Assembly (NCBI GenBank): GCA_036012755.1 | Contig: DASCPX010000040.1 | Location: 68,800 to 132,799 of the forward strand | Direction of reading: 5' to 3' | DNA length: 64,000 bases | Source: Myxococcota bacterium | Lineage (GTDB): Bacteria > Myxococcota_A > UBA796 > CAJQPC01 | Part shown: in pieces, positions 8,602-17,639 of the stretch | Layout: every line of letters begins with the position of its first letter | How positions within the stretch are numbered: position 1 is the stretch's first letter | Position numbers and translations under genes: made by a program | The notes under the pieces: generated by a model | Database searches by the model: none | What the model was told of the DNA's origin: nothing | Seen by the model: only the letters and a program-made list of their open reading frames with translations

Positions 8602-8957
8602 GCGCGCTCCTCGGGCTGTGGGTGTACCAGGTCGTCGTCGTGCTGATGATGATCGGCCTCTACATCGTCATCGCCCGAGACAACCTCGTGAAGAAGGTGA
8701 TGGGGCTGTCGATCTTCCAGGTCAGCGTCATCCTCTTCTACGTGGCGATCGGCAAGGTCGAGGGCGGCACGCCGCCGATCCTGGCCGAGGGCATCGAGCT
8801 CTACTCGAACCCGCTGCCCCACGTGCTCATGCTGACGGCCATCGTCGTCGGCGTGGCCACGACCGCGCTCGGGCTGGCCCTCGTGGTGCGCATCCGCGAG
8901 GCCTACGGCACGGCCGAAGAGGACGAGATCGCGCTCATGGACCTGGAGGAGGGGTGA
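8598..8957 (+). CDS. mrpC: Na+/H+ antiporter subunit C
   Basis: NLVKKVMGL, NPLPHVLMLTAIVVG. Confidence 0.95.
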   Translation: MSALLGLWVYQVVVVLMMIGLYIVIARDNLVKKVMGLSIFQVSVILFYVAIGKVEGGTPPILAEGIELYSNPLPHVLMLTAIVVGVATTALGLALVVRIREAYGTAEEDEIALMDLEEG

Positions 8958-10432
8958 GCCTGGAGCACCTCCCGGTCGTGCAGGTCGTGCTGCCGCTGTT
9001 GGCGGCTCCGCTCTGCCTCCTCCTCCGTCACGAGAAGGTCGTCCGCTGGTTCGCGGTCGGTGTCGCCTGGGTCGGCCTCGGCATCGCGCTGCAGCTGCTG
9101 CACACGGTCCAGACCGAGGGCGCCATCACCTACTGGCTCGGCGGCTGGGCGCCGCCCCTCGGCATCGAGCTGGCCATCGACTCGGTCAACGCCTTCCTGC
9201 TGGTCATCGTGAGCGGGATGGCGGCGGTGGTGCTGCCCTTTGGTCCTGGCAGCGCGACGCTCGCGATCCCGCAGGACCGCCACCACCTCTTCTACGCCGT
9301 CTTCCTCCTGTGCCTCTGCGGCCTGTTGGGCATCTCGGCCACCGGCGACGCCTTCAACGTCTTCGTCTTCCTCGAGGTCACCAGCCTCTCGAGCTACACG
9401 ATGATCGCCCTGGGCAAGGGCCGCCGAGCGCTGATGGCCGCCTTCTCGTACCTGGTGATGGGCACCATCGGCGGCACCTTCATCCTCATCGGTATCGGCC
9501 TCCTGTACCAGATGACGGGCACGCTCAACATGGCGGACCTCGCGGCGAGGCTCCCCGCCGTGATCGAGACCCGCACCGTGCTCGTGGCCTTTGGCTTCCT
9601 CACCTGCGGCTCCAGCATCAAGCTGGCTGTCTTCCCGCTCCACCAGTGGCTTCCGAACGCCTACACCCACGCCCCCTCGATGGTCAGCGCCTTCCTGGCC
9701 TCTACGGCTACGAAGGTCAGCTACTACGTGCTCGTCCGCGTGCTCTTCGGCATCTTCGGCGCGGCCTTCGTCTTCGGCACGGTGAAGCTCCACTGGCTGC
9801 TGTTGCCCGCCTCGCTGCTGGCGATGTTCTTCGGCAGCCTCGCGGCCATCTGGCAGACCGACGTGAAGCGGCTGTTGGCCTACAGCTCGATCGCACAGAT
9901 CGGGTACATGACGCTCGGGCTGGCGATGAACAGCACCACCGGGCTGGCTGGGGGGCTCGTCCACCTCTTCAACCACGCCCTGTCGAAGGGTGGCCTGTTC
10001 CTGGTCGTGGCGTGCGTGAGCTGGCGGGTGGGCAGCTCCAAGCTCGAAGACATGGCCGGCCTCGGCAAGCGCATGCCGCTGACGCTGCTGGCCTTCGCGA
10101 TCGGCGGGTTCTCGCTCATCGGTGTGCCAGGGACAGCGGGCTTCATCAGCAAGTGGTACCTGGTCAGCGCCGCGCTGGAGAAGGGCTGGATCTGGCTGGC
10201 CGTCCTCATCCTGCTGTCCTCGCTCTTGGCGGTGGCCTATGTCTTCCGCGTGCTGGAGGTGGCCTGGTTCCGGGAGCCTCCCCCGGGTGACGTGGGCATC
10301 CGCGAGCCCCCAGCGAGCATGTGGATCCCGGCATGGATCCTCATCGGCGCGACCATCCTCTTCGGCCTCTGGACCGACCTGACCGGAGACGTCGCCGAGC
10401 GTGCCGCGGCCTTGCTCATGGGGGTCGGCTGA
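8954..10432 (+). CDS. mrpD: Na+/H+ antiporter subunit D
   Basis: TGDAFNVFVFLE, KLAVFPLHQWLPNAY, KRLLAYSS. GTG start overlaps the mrpC stop. Confidence 0.93.
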   Translation: MSLEHLPVVQVVLPLLAAPLCLLLRHEKVVRWFAVGVAWVGLGIALQLLHTVQTEGAITYWLGGWAPPLGIELAIDSVNAFLLVIVSGMAAVVLPFGPGSATLAIPQDRHHLFYAVFLLCLCGLLGISATGDAFNVFVFLEVTSLSSYTMIALGKGRRALMAAFSYLVMGTIGGTFILIGIGLLYQMTGTLNMADLAARLPAVIETRTVLVAFGFLTCGSSIKLAVFPLHQWLPNAYTHAPSMVSAFLASTATKVSYYVLVRVLFGIFGAAFVFGTVKLHWLLLPASLLAMFFGSLAAIWQTDVKRLLAYSSIAQIGYMTLGLAMNSTTGLAGGLVHLFNHALSKGGLFLVVACVSWRVGSSKLEDMAGLGKRMPLTLLAFAIGGFSLIGVPGTAGFISKWYLVSAALEKGWIWLAVLILLSSLLAVAYVFRVLEVAWFREPPPGDVGIREPPASMWIPAWILIGATILFGLWTDLTGDVAERAAALLMGVG

Positions 10433-11916
10433 TGGCCTCGTCGTTGATGCTGGTGGCCTTCTTCCTGCCCCTGGCGCTAGCCGTCGTGATCCGGGCCTGC
10501 GACCGGGTTCCGAACCTGCGGGACGGCATGACGATGGTCTTCGCGTCCGCGACCTTCGCCTGCGTCGCGATGATGCTCCCAGAGGTCCTCGCCGGAGGAG
10601 CGCCCTCGGCCACCCTGGCGCTGCCCTTCGACGGCCTCTCCATCGGCTTCCGCGTCGAGCCCCTCGGCATGCTCTTCGCCCTGGTCGCCAGCGGCTTGTG
10701 GATCCCGACTTCGCTCTATGCCTTCGGCTACATGCGCGGTCACCACGAAGAGAACCAGACGCGCTTCTTCATGTGCTTCGCGCTGGCCATCTTCGCGGCC
10801 CTCGGCATCGCGTTCTCGGCCAACCTGCTGACGCTCTTCCTCTTCTACGAGCTCCTCACCTTCAGCACCTGGCCCCTGGTCACGCACCACCAGACGGAGG
10901 AGGCTCGGAGCGCCGGCCGTGTCTACCTCGGCGTCCTCGTGTTCACCTCGGTGACCTTCCTGCTGCTCGGCATCGTCTGGACCTACGTGCTCACCGGCAC
11001 GCTCGACTTCGAAAACGGTGGCATCCTCGCTGGCAACGTCGAGCCCTGGATGGTCCCGATCCTGCTGGGGCTCTTCGCCTTCGGGACCGGGAAGGCGGCG
11101 CTGATGCCCTTCCACCGCTGGCTGCCGAACGCGATGGTCGCCCCGACGCCGGTCTCGGCCCTGCTGCACGCCGTGGCCGTCGTGAAGGCCGGCGTGTTCA
11201 CGGTGCTGAAGGTGGTCGTCTACGTCTTCGGGATCGACCTGTTGCAGGCAACCGACGCCTCCGACTGGCTCAAGTGGGTCGCGGCGTTCACCATCGTCGC
11301 GGCCTCGGTCATCGCCATCACCCAGGACAACCTCAAGGCGCGGCTGGCCTACTCGACGATCTCGCAGCTGGCCTACATCGTGCTCGGCGCCGCCCTGGCT
11401 ACCTCCGCGAGCGTGATCGGAGGCGGCCTCCACATCGCGATGCACGCCGTGGGCAAGATCACCCTGTTCTTCGTCGCCGGCACCATCATGGTGCACGCTC
11501 ACAAGAAGAAGGTCAGCGAGCTCGACGGGCTCGGACGACGCATGCCCTTCACCTTCGCGGCCTTCTTCGTGGGCAGCCTGAGCATCATCGGCCTGCCACC
11601 GACCGGCGGCTCCTGGTCGAAGTGGTTCCTGGCCCTCGGCGCCACCGGCAGCGAGGGCGACTGGGTCTTCGTGGGTGTCTTGATGTTGAGCTCGCTCTTG
11701 TCGATCGCCTACCTCATGCCCGTGGTGGCGCGTGGCTTCTTCCTGCCCGAGAAGCCCGACCCACATCACGCCCACCGCGGCGCGGGAGTCGACGAGGGAC
11801 CGCTGCTCTGTGTCGGACCGCTGGTGGTCACCGCCTTGGGCTGCCTCGCCATGTTCTTCCTGGCAGAGGACGTCTACGCCCTCCTCCAGCCCATGGTCCA
11901 CGGAGGTGTGCCATGA
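10432..11916 (+). CDS. MrpD/MrpA-family antiporter subunit (second)
   Basis: LFLFYELLT, KAALMPFHRWLPNAMVAPTPVSALLHA, KARLAYST. Confidence 0.9.
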   Translation: MASSLMLVAFFLPLALAVVIRACDRVPNLRDGMTMVFASATFACVAMMLPEVLAGGAPSATLALPFDGLSIGFRVEPLGMLFALVASGLWIPTSLYAFGYMRGHHEENQTRFFMCFALAIFAALGIAFSANLLTLFLFYELLTFSTWPLVTHHQTEEARSAGRVYLGVLVFTSVTFLLLGIVWTYVLTGTLDFENGGILAGNVEPWMVPILLGLFAFGTGKAALMPFHRWLPNAMVAPTPVSALLHAVAVVKAGVFTVLKVVVYVFGIDLLQATDASDWLKWVAAFTIVAASVIAITQDNLKARLAYSTISQLAYIVLGAALATSASVIGGGLHIAMHAVGKITLFFVAGTIMVHAHKKKVSELDGLGRRMPFTFAAFFVGSLSIIGLPPTGGSWSKWFLALGATGSEGDWVFVGVLMLSSLLSIAYLMPVVARGFFLPEKPDPHHAHRGAGVDEGPLLCVGPLVVTALGCLAMFFLAEDVYALLQPMVHGGVP

Positions 11917-12161
11917 GCGAGCACGGGCCTCCCAGCGTCAGCAGGAGGTGGGTGAACCGCATCATCTGGTCGCTGGTCGCGCTCTGCGTCCTGGTGAGCG
12001 TGGCGGACCTCTTCTACGACAAGCACGGCCACTACGACTTCGAGCACTTCCCGGCCTTCCACAGCGCCTACGGCTTCGTGAGCTGCGTGGCGCTGGTGCT
12101 GACCGCCAAGCTGCTCCGCCGCCTGCTCATGCGCGACGAGGACTACTACGACGATGAGTAG
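11913..12161 (+). CDS. Small 2-TM Mrp-associated protein
   Basis: 82 aa, FPAFHSAYGFVSCVALV..MRDEDYYD; ATGA overlap upstream. Confidence 0.8.
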   Translation: MSEHGPPSVSRRWVNRIIWSLVALCVLVSVADLFYDKHGHYDFEHFPAFHSAYGFVSCVALVLTAKLLRRLLMRDEDYYDDE

Positions 12162-13887
12162 CCTCCACGCACTGGCCGCCTCGATCCCGCCGGGTCTGCT
12201 GCTCGTCCTGGGCGGACTCGTCACCCCCCTGCTGCGCGGGGGCTTCAAGAAGACGTGGATGCTGGCCCTTCCACTGCTGGGCCTGGCGCAGCTCTGGCTC
12301 CTTCCTCTGGGCTTCGAGTGGAGCGTCGAGCTCTTCGAGAGCTACTCGCTCGAGCTGGTTCGGCTGGATCGCCTGGCCCGCGTCTTCGGGACCATCTTCC
12401 ACATCGCCGCCTTCATCACGGTGCTGTACAGCCTGCGCGAGGACGACGACCTGCAGCACGTCGCCGCCCTGGCCTACTCGGGCAGCGCCATCGGGGCCGT
12501 GTTCGCGGGCGACCTGATCACCCTCTTCGTGTACTGGGAGCTCACGGCGATCACCTCGGTCTTCCTGATCTGGGCTCGCCGCACGAAGCGCTCCTACAAG
12601 GTCGGACTCCGCTACCTGATCGTGCAGGTGCTCAGCGGCGTGCTGCTGCTGGCCGGCTCGCTGCTGCACTACGCCGAGACCGGCTCGCTGGCCTTCGACC
12701 ACCTGGGGCTGGTCTCGCCCGGGACTGCGCTGATCCTGTTGGCGTTCGGCATCAAGGCCGCCTTCCCGATGCTCCACGCCTGGCTGGAGGACGCCTACCC
12801 CGAGGCGACGATCAGCGGCACGGTCTGGCTCTCGGCGTTCACCACGAAGCTGGCCATCTATGCCCTGGCGCGGGGCTTCGCCGGCACCGAGATCCTGATC
12901 CCGATCGGCGCGACGATGACGGCCTTCCCCATCTTCTTCGCCGTCATCGAGAACGACCTGCGGCGAGTGCTGGCCTACTCCTTGAACAACCAGCTGGGCT
13001 ACATGGTCGTCGGCGTCGGCATCGGAACGGAGCTGGCCATCAACGGCGCTGCCGCCCACGCCTTCGCCCACATCATCTACAAGGGCCTGCTGTTCATGAG
13101 CATGGGGGCGGTGCTGCTCCGCGCGGGCACGGTGAACGGCTCGGACCTGGGTGGCCTCTGGCGGAAGATGCCATGGACCACGGGCTTCTGCATCGTCGGC
13201 GCGGCGTCCATCTCGGCCTTCCCGTTGTTCTCGGGCTTCGTCACCAAGTCGATGATCCTGACGGCGGCGGCCGAGGAGCATCACACCGTGGCGTTCCTGG
13301 TGCTGCTCTTCGCTGGCGCGGGTGTGTTCCACCACAGCGGGATCAAGATCCCCTACTTCGCTTTCTTCGCCCACAACTCGAAGGCCGCCGGGCGCGTCAA
13401 GGGCGAGGCGCCATTGAACATGCTCGTCGCGATGGGCATCGCGGCCCTGCTGTGCATCGCCATCGGCGTGTTCCCCCGGCCGCTGTACGCGATCCTGCCC
13501 TACGACGTAGGAGACTTCTGGCCCTACGACATCACGCACACGGTCACCCAGCTGCAGCTGCTCCTGTTCTCCGCGCTGGCTTTCGTCTTCCTCCAGAAGA
13601 TGGGCTGGTACCCGCCGGAGCTTCGCAGCACCGTGCTCGACACGGACTGGGCATACCGGAAGGCGGCTCCGGCCGTCCTCCGCACGGTGGGACGCCTGCT
13701 CGGCGGCGCCGTCGAGGCGACCAGGAGCCTGGCGTTCTCGGTCACCGACACCGTCGTCGCCCACCTGGCGCGGCGCTTCTCTCCGGGCTCCGCTCGCACC
13801 TTCGGCGAGCCATGGCCGTGCGGGCGCACCGCCGCCTGGGCGGCCGTCGTGCTCGTGCTCTACCTGCTGGTCGCCTACCTGGCCTGA
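12154..13887 (+). CDS. MrpD/MrpA-family antiporter subunit (third)
   Basis: DLITLFVYWE, KAAFPMLHAWLEDAYP, RRVLAYS. Confidence 0.9.
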   Translation: MSSLHALAASIPPGLLLVLGGLVTPLLRGGFKKTWMLALPLLGLAQLWLLPLGFEWSVELFESYSLELVRLDRLARVFGTIFHIAAFITVLYSLREDDDLQHVAALAYSGSAIGAVFAGDLITLFVYWELTAITSVFLIWARRTKRSYKVGLRYLIVQVLSGVLLLAGSLLHYAETGSLAFDHLGLVSPGTALILLAFGIKAAFPMLHAWLEDAYPEATISGTVWLSAFTTKLAIYALARGFAGTEILIPIGATMTAFPIFFAVIENDLRRVLAYSLNNQLGYMVVGVGIGTELAINGAAAHAFAHIIYKGLLFMSMGAVLLRAGTVNGSDLGGLWRKMPWTTGFCIVGAASISAFPLFSGFVTKSMILTAAAEEHHTVAFLVLLFAGAGVFHHSGIKIPYFAFFAHNSKAAGRVKGEAPLNMLVAMGIAALLCIAIGVFPRPLYAILPYDVGDFWPYDITHTVTQLQLLLFSALAFVFLQKMGWYPPELRSTVLDTDWAYRKAAPAVLRTVGRLLGGAVEATRSLAFSVTDTVVAHLARRFSPGSARTFGEPWPCGRTAAWAAVVLVLYLLVAYLA

Positions 13888-14666
13888 GCGAAGGCATCAG
13901 CGAGACGGCGAACGCGGTCGAGGTCCAAAGGTGCCTCCAACTCGGAGTCACGGTGCAGCCAGGTGCCGACGATCGCTCCGTCGGCCACGCTCGCGACCTC
14001 TGCTGCGCTGTCCCCAGTGACGCCCGAGCCGACCCAGACCGGCGCCTCGGGCACCGCCGCTCGGATCGCACGCACCCGGCCCAGATCCGTCGGGCGGCCG
14101 GTGCCGGAGCCTGTGGCGACGAGGACATCGGCCCTTGCCCGGCGGAAGGTGTCCCGGGCGACCTGGGCGATGTCCACGGGCCCCAGCGGAGCGGCGTGCT
14201 TGACGAGCACGTCAGCGACGATCCCGCAGCTGGAGCCGAGCTTGCGGCGATAGTCGAGGACCGCCCGGGCCTGACCTTGGATGATGCCCTGGTCCGTGAC
14301 CATCGCGCCTACGAGCACGTTGATGCGCACGAAGGCGGCCTCGGCTGCCGCGGCCGCGCCGAGGGCAGAGAGCCCGTCGTTCCGCAGCGCGTTGATCCCG
14401 ACGACGAGCTCGAAACGCCGCCGAACCTCGCGGGCGATGACGGCGAGCATCGCTGGGACGTGCGGCTCGACCCGGTCCTTGGAGAATGGCGCGTCGCCCA
14501 GGTTCTCGACGATGAGGCCGCGGGCACCTCCATCCTGGAGGACCTCTGCGTCCCGCAACGCAGCATCGATGATGGCCTGGAGACCTGGCCCCTCGACGGG
14601 CGCCCCTGGGAGCGCCGGGAGGTGGAGCACGCCGACGAGCGGCTTGTCGGCGAGGAGAAGTTCCAT
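13875..14666 (-). CDS. BtpA/SgcQ family TIM-barrel protein
   Basis: GVLHLPALPG, IVENLGDAPF, GINALRND, ADVLVKHA, VGSGVT. Confidence 0.92.
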   Translation of the reverse strand: MELLLADKPLVGVLHLPALPGAPVEGPGLQAIIDAALRDAEVLQDGGARGLIVENLGDAPFSKDRVEPHVPAMLAVIAREVRRRFELVVGINALRNDGLSALGAAAAAEAAFVRINVLVGAMVTDQGIIQGQARAVLDYRRKLGSSCGIVADVLVKHAAPLGPVDIAQVARDTFRRARADVLVATGSGTGRPTDLGRVRAIRAAVPEAPVWVGSGVTGDSAAEVASVADGAIVGTWLHRDSELEAPLDLDRVRRLADAFAQAR

Positions 14667-15890
14667 CTACCAGTTCAGCGTGGGCTCCGAGGTGAAGCCA
14701 GCGCTGGCGAAGACCCGCCCGGTCAGCTCGCAGTAGTGCCAGTCGGTGTCGGCCCCCGCGAGGGTCTCCTGGGTCGGGTCCTCGTTGCAGTAGGGCAGGA
14801 CACCGCCCTGGCTGGAGGTCAGGTGGTTCTTCGGCAAGCCGCCGTGGACCAGGGTCAGCATCAGCTCCCCATCCCCCTCGCCATCGCCGTCGAAGCGGTT
14901 CTCCTGCACGTCGCGCAGCGTGGGCCACACGGCGTGCACCGCGCCGGCATCGACCATCTGGGCGTGGGCGGCGGCGATCGCCTCCTCCAGTCGGGCCAGC
15001 TCGTGCTGGGTCTGGCTCCGCTCCTCGGCCGTGACCGCGCGCTCGAGAGCTGGAGGAATCGCCGCCACCTCCGCCGCGGGCGGAGGCTTGATCGCCACCA
15101 CCGCTGCGCCTATTGCGACCCCGATGCCGAGCGTGAGGCCCGTCAGCTGAAGTCCCCAGGCCACGCGGTGCTGCTGCACCAGTCCGGCCTTGGGCATCAC
15201 CTTCCCCACGAGCGCGACCAGCACGGCACCCCGGAAGCGAGCCCCGCCTGCGACCAGGGTCGCCGTCGTCTGGCTGCTGAGTCCGGCGCACCCACCAAAG
15301 TCGGCCCCGTCGACCAACGCGCCGTCGAGCTTGCAGTCGCGCAGCTCGGCGCGCCGGAAGACCGCCCCGCGAAGGTCTGCTCCGGAGAGGTCACAGCTCT
15401 TCAGGGTCGCTGCGGTGAAGTCACAGGCTCGCGCTGCGGCGATCCGCACTCCTTCGAGCCGAGCGTGCCGGGCGTCGACGAGGTCCAGCACCCCCAGCTC
15501 ACCTCCCTCCACGACTCCATCGGCGATGGAGCACCCGACCGTGGTGAGCTCGGCGAGGTCGGGGCGCTCGAGTCGGACGCCCTGTAGGTCACACCCTCGC
15601 AGGCTCGCCCCGGGACGGGCCGATGGCGCCGTGAGACGAGCCTCGCGGAAGGTCGACAGGGCGCAGAGGCCGACGAGGACGGGCTTGTCGAGGTGCGCGT
15701 GGTCATACGAACAGCGCACCGCGGACTCCACCGGGGCGCCCCCCGCGATGCGCCCGGAGACACGCTCCTCTGCGAGCACGACGCCGGTCTCACCTCGGCT
15801 CCTGCGCGCCGGTCCGCGCGGTTCGAGCCTCAGATCCCACTCCGGGTGGAGCAGGCCGGTCAGGCGATTCAGCGACTTGGGGAGGCTCAA
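14667..15890 (-). CDS. Pentapeptide-repeat membrane protein with C-terminal pseudopilin-like domain (start uncertain: 15923, 15890 or 15719)
   Basis: CDFTAATLKSCDLSGADLRGAVFRRAELRDCKLDGA repeats; one TM (LTGLTLGIGVAIGAAVVAI); then LEEAI...WPTL...LPKNHL...WHYCELTGRVFA. Confidence 0.8.
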   Translation of the reverse strand: MSLPKSLNRLTGLLHPEWDLRLEPRGPARRSRGETGVVLAEERVSGRIAGGAPVESAVRCSYDHAHLDKPVLVGLCALSTFREARLTAPSARPGASLRGCDLQGVRLERPDLAELTTVGCSIADGVVEGGELGVLDLVDARHARLEGVRIAAARACDFTAATLKSCDLSGADLRGAVFRRAELRDCKLDGALVDGADFGGCAGLSSQTTATLVAGGARFRGAVLVALVGKVMPKAGLVQQHRVAWGLQLTGLTLGIGVAIGAAVVAIKPPPAAEVAAIPPALERAVTAEERSQTQHELARLEEAIAAAHAQMVDAGAVHAVWPTLRDVQENRFDGDGEGDGELMLTLVHGGLPKNHLTSSQGGVLPYCNEDPTQETLAGADTDWHYCELTGRVFASAGFTSEPTLNW

Positions 15891-15975
15891 CTTTGAAGTT
15901 CTCGCGCCGTGATTCTGCCTCAATCAGCACCCTTCCCCCAAAGCCGGACAGTTTTTGGCCTGCCGTGTGACTACA

Positions 15976-15993
15976 TGTTCAGTATGTTGAACA
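15976..15993. promoter_or_regulatory. Inverted repeat TGTTCA-N6-TGAACA around a -10-like TATGTT; possible LexA-type operator
   Basis: Seen directly in an AT-richer spacer. GTTC/GAAC are LexA half-site words in several phyla. Confidence 0.45.
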
Positions 15994-16013
15994 CACGCAT
16001 GGGAGATACCCTC

Positions 16014-16835
16014 ATGCTGGCACTGCGACAGAAGATGTCTTCCGCTCCTCTCCGGATCCCACGGTTCGAAGCGGCCGAAGCCCGGTTTTCATCCTGGTTC
16101 GGCGCCGCCGTCTTCCGAGTGACGTCAGAGGGGCACGCCGCCGACCTGCACTTCGAGCCTGGCGACCTGCTCGTCATCGACCAGGGGGGCGTCTCGATAG
16201 ATGACCTCGTGGTGCTCGTGCCGCAGCGGCGCGGACGACCGATGCTGGGAAGGATGACCCGCGAAGGTCTGGTCTCGGAGCCCGGTCGCGTACCCGTCGC
16301 CCTGAACACCCGCTGGCACGTCGCAGGCCGCATCATCATGAGGGTGCGCACGAACCCCCGGCGCGGCGGCCAGGTGCTTCGTTTCCCGGATCGGGGCGAG
16401 GCGGCGCAGCAGCAGCTCGAGTTCGCCGACCCTTCCCAGATCGCGGACGACCTCTACGTGCACATCGTCTTCGAGAGAGCGCCCGCCCGCGACCTGGTCG
16501 GCCACCTCGGTCGGCGGCTGCCCGGTTTCCGGATGATCGCTCCCGACGAGGCGCTGGTCGACGGGGGTGAGCTGTTCACCGGCGCCCCCATGGACGTACT
16601 GTCGAGCCTCGTGGCAGAGCTTCGCGTCGAGTTCGGCCTGAAGACGAAGGCCGTCCGGACAGAGGCCCGCGGCACCGCCATGGCGGTCCTGGGTCGACTG
16701 CCCTTCGACGCGGTCGCCTGCGTTCGGCCCGGCGCCCGCTACGCGGCTCCACCCCGCCGGCGCAGCGGCTCAGCTCCGGCCATGTCCGAGCCGGAGCTGG
16801 AGAAGAAGCAGCTGGGGCTCTTCGGAGAGGGCTAG
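16014..16835 (+). CDS. Degenerate S24 (UmuD/LexA-CTD-like) domain fused to a Y-family polymerase palm-like fragment, with clamp-binding motifs
   Basis: AVFRVTSEG..FEPGDLLVID..DDLVV..VAGRII (S24 pattern); IAPDEALVD..LRVEFGL..VRPG (DinB/ImuB palm pattern); QLEF and terminal QLGLF. GGGAG SD before ATG 16014. Confidence 0.65.
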   Translation: MLALRQKMSSAPLRIPRFEAAEARFSSWFGAAVFRVTSEGHAADLHFEPGDLLVIDQGGVSIDDLVVLVPQRRGRPMLGRMTREGLVSEPGRVPVALNTRWHVAGRIIMRVRTNPRRGGQVLRFPDRGEAAQQQLEFADPSQIADDLYVHIVFERAPARDLVGHLGRRLPGFRMIAPDEALVDGGELFTGAPMDVLSSLVAELRVEFGLKTKAVRTEARGTAMAVLGRLPFDAVACVRPGARYAAPPRRRSGSAPAMSEPELEKKQLGLFGEG

Positions 16836-16915
16836 TGCCCCCCGGCGGCCCGCTGCGCGTGCCGTCGTTCACCCCGTCGCAGCCCCGACTGGGTCGGAGC
16901 TCGCGCCGGAGAGAA

Positions 16916-17581
16916 CTAGGGAAGAAGCTCGAAGACGTACCAGGCCGTGACGAGATACCGGCCATCGGGGAGCGGTCCGTCCGCGACAGCCGTGGTCGCG
17001 CCCTCTCGATCTGCCTCGGTGCCGGCGTAGCCATAGCCGTATGTCGTCCCCGCGAGTCCATCGCCGACTGGAGCCTCGAAGCTCGCGTAGGCGCCGTAGA
17101 GGGAGTCGCGCACATCGCCCAGCCCGTGCTCCTCGACACCAGGGACGATCGGTTCGTAGAGTTGCCCGAGGCCGAACATCATCGTTCGCGGCACGCGCGC
17201 CGCGCCGTCGCAGGACCCTGCGTCCTCGCCCAGTCCGACCTCGATCCAGTGGTAGACGAGCGGGTCCGGGACCGCCTCCTCTTCGAAGTAGGAGACCTTG
17301 GGCGTGTCCGTGCAGATGGCGCCATCCTCCGGGTCTTCCGGATGCAGGCGAAGAGAGACCACGACCTCGGACACAGCCCCGTCGACCATCTCGACCTCTG
17401 CGTCGAGGGCGAACCAGACCGGGTCGGGGTCCTCGATCTGGCCGCTGTCGCCCGAGTCCATACCCGTGTGCCACAGCGAGCCGGAGTCGCCACCGAACTC
17501 CTCGTCGAAGAGGTAGCTCTCACCCATGCAGCCGGTGAGTCCCGTGACGACGCCAAGCATCATGATCAGCGCGCGCTTCAT
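16916..17581 (-). CDS. Acidic lipoprotein of unknown function
   Basis: Signal MKRALIMMLGVVTGLTG|C; GGGAG SD. Confidence 0.8.
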   Translation of the reverse strand: MKRALIMMLGVVTGLTGCMGESYLFDEEFGGDSGSLWHTGMDSGDSGQIEDPDPVWFALDAEVEMVDGAVSEVVVSLRLHPEDPEDGAICTDTPKVSYFEEEAVPDPLVYHWIEVGLGEDAGSCDGAARVPRTMMFGLGQLYEPIVPGVEEHGLGDVRDSLYGAYASFEAPVGDGLAGTTYGYGYAGTEADREGATTAVADGPLPDGRYLVTAWYVFELLP

Positions 17582-17639
17582 TTGCGCTCCCGCGAGGCTG
17601 CCTGACATCCTCAAGCTAACCACCTCCGGCCCGGGGCCG

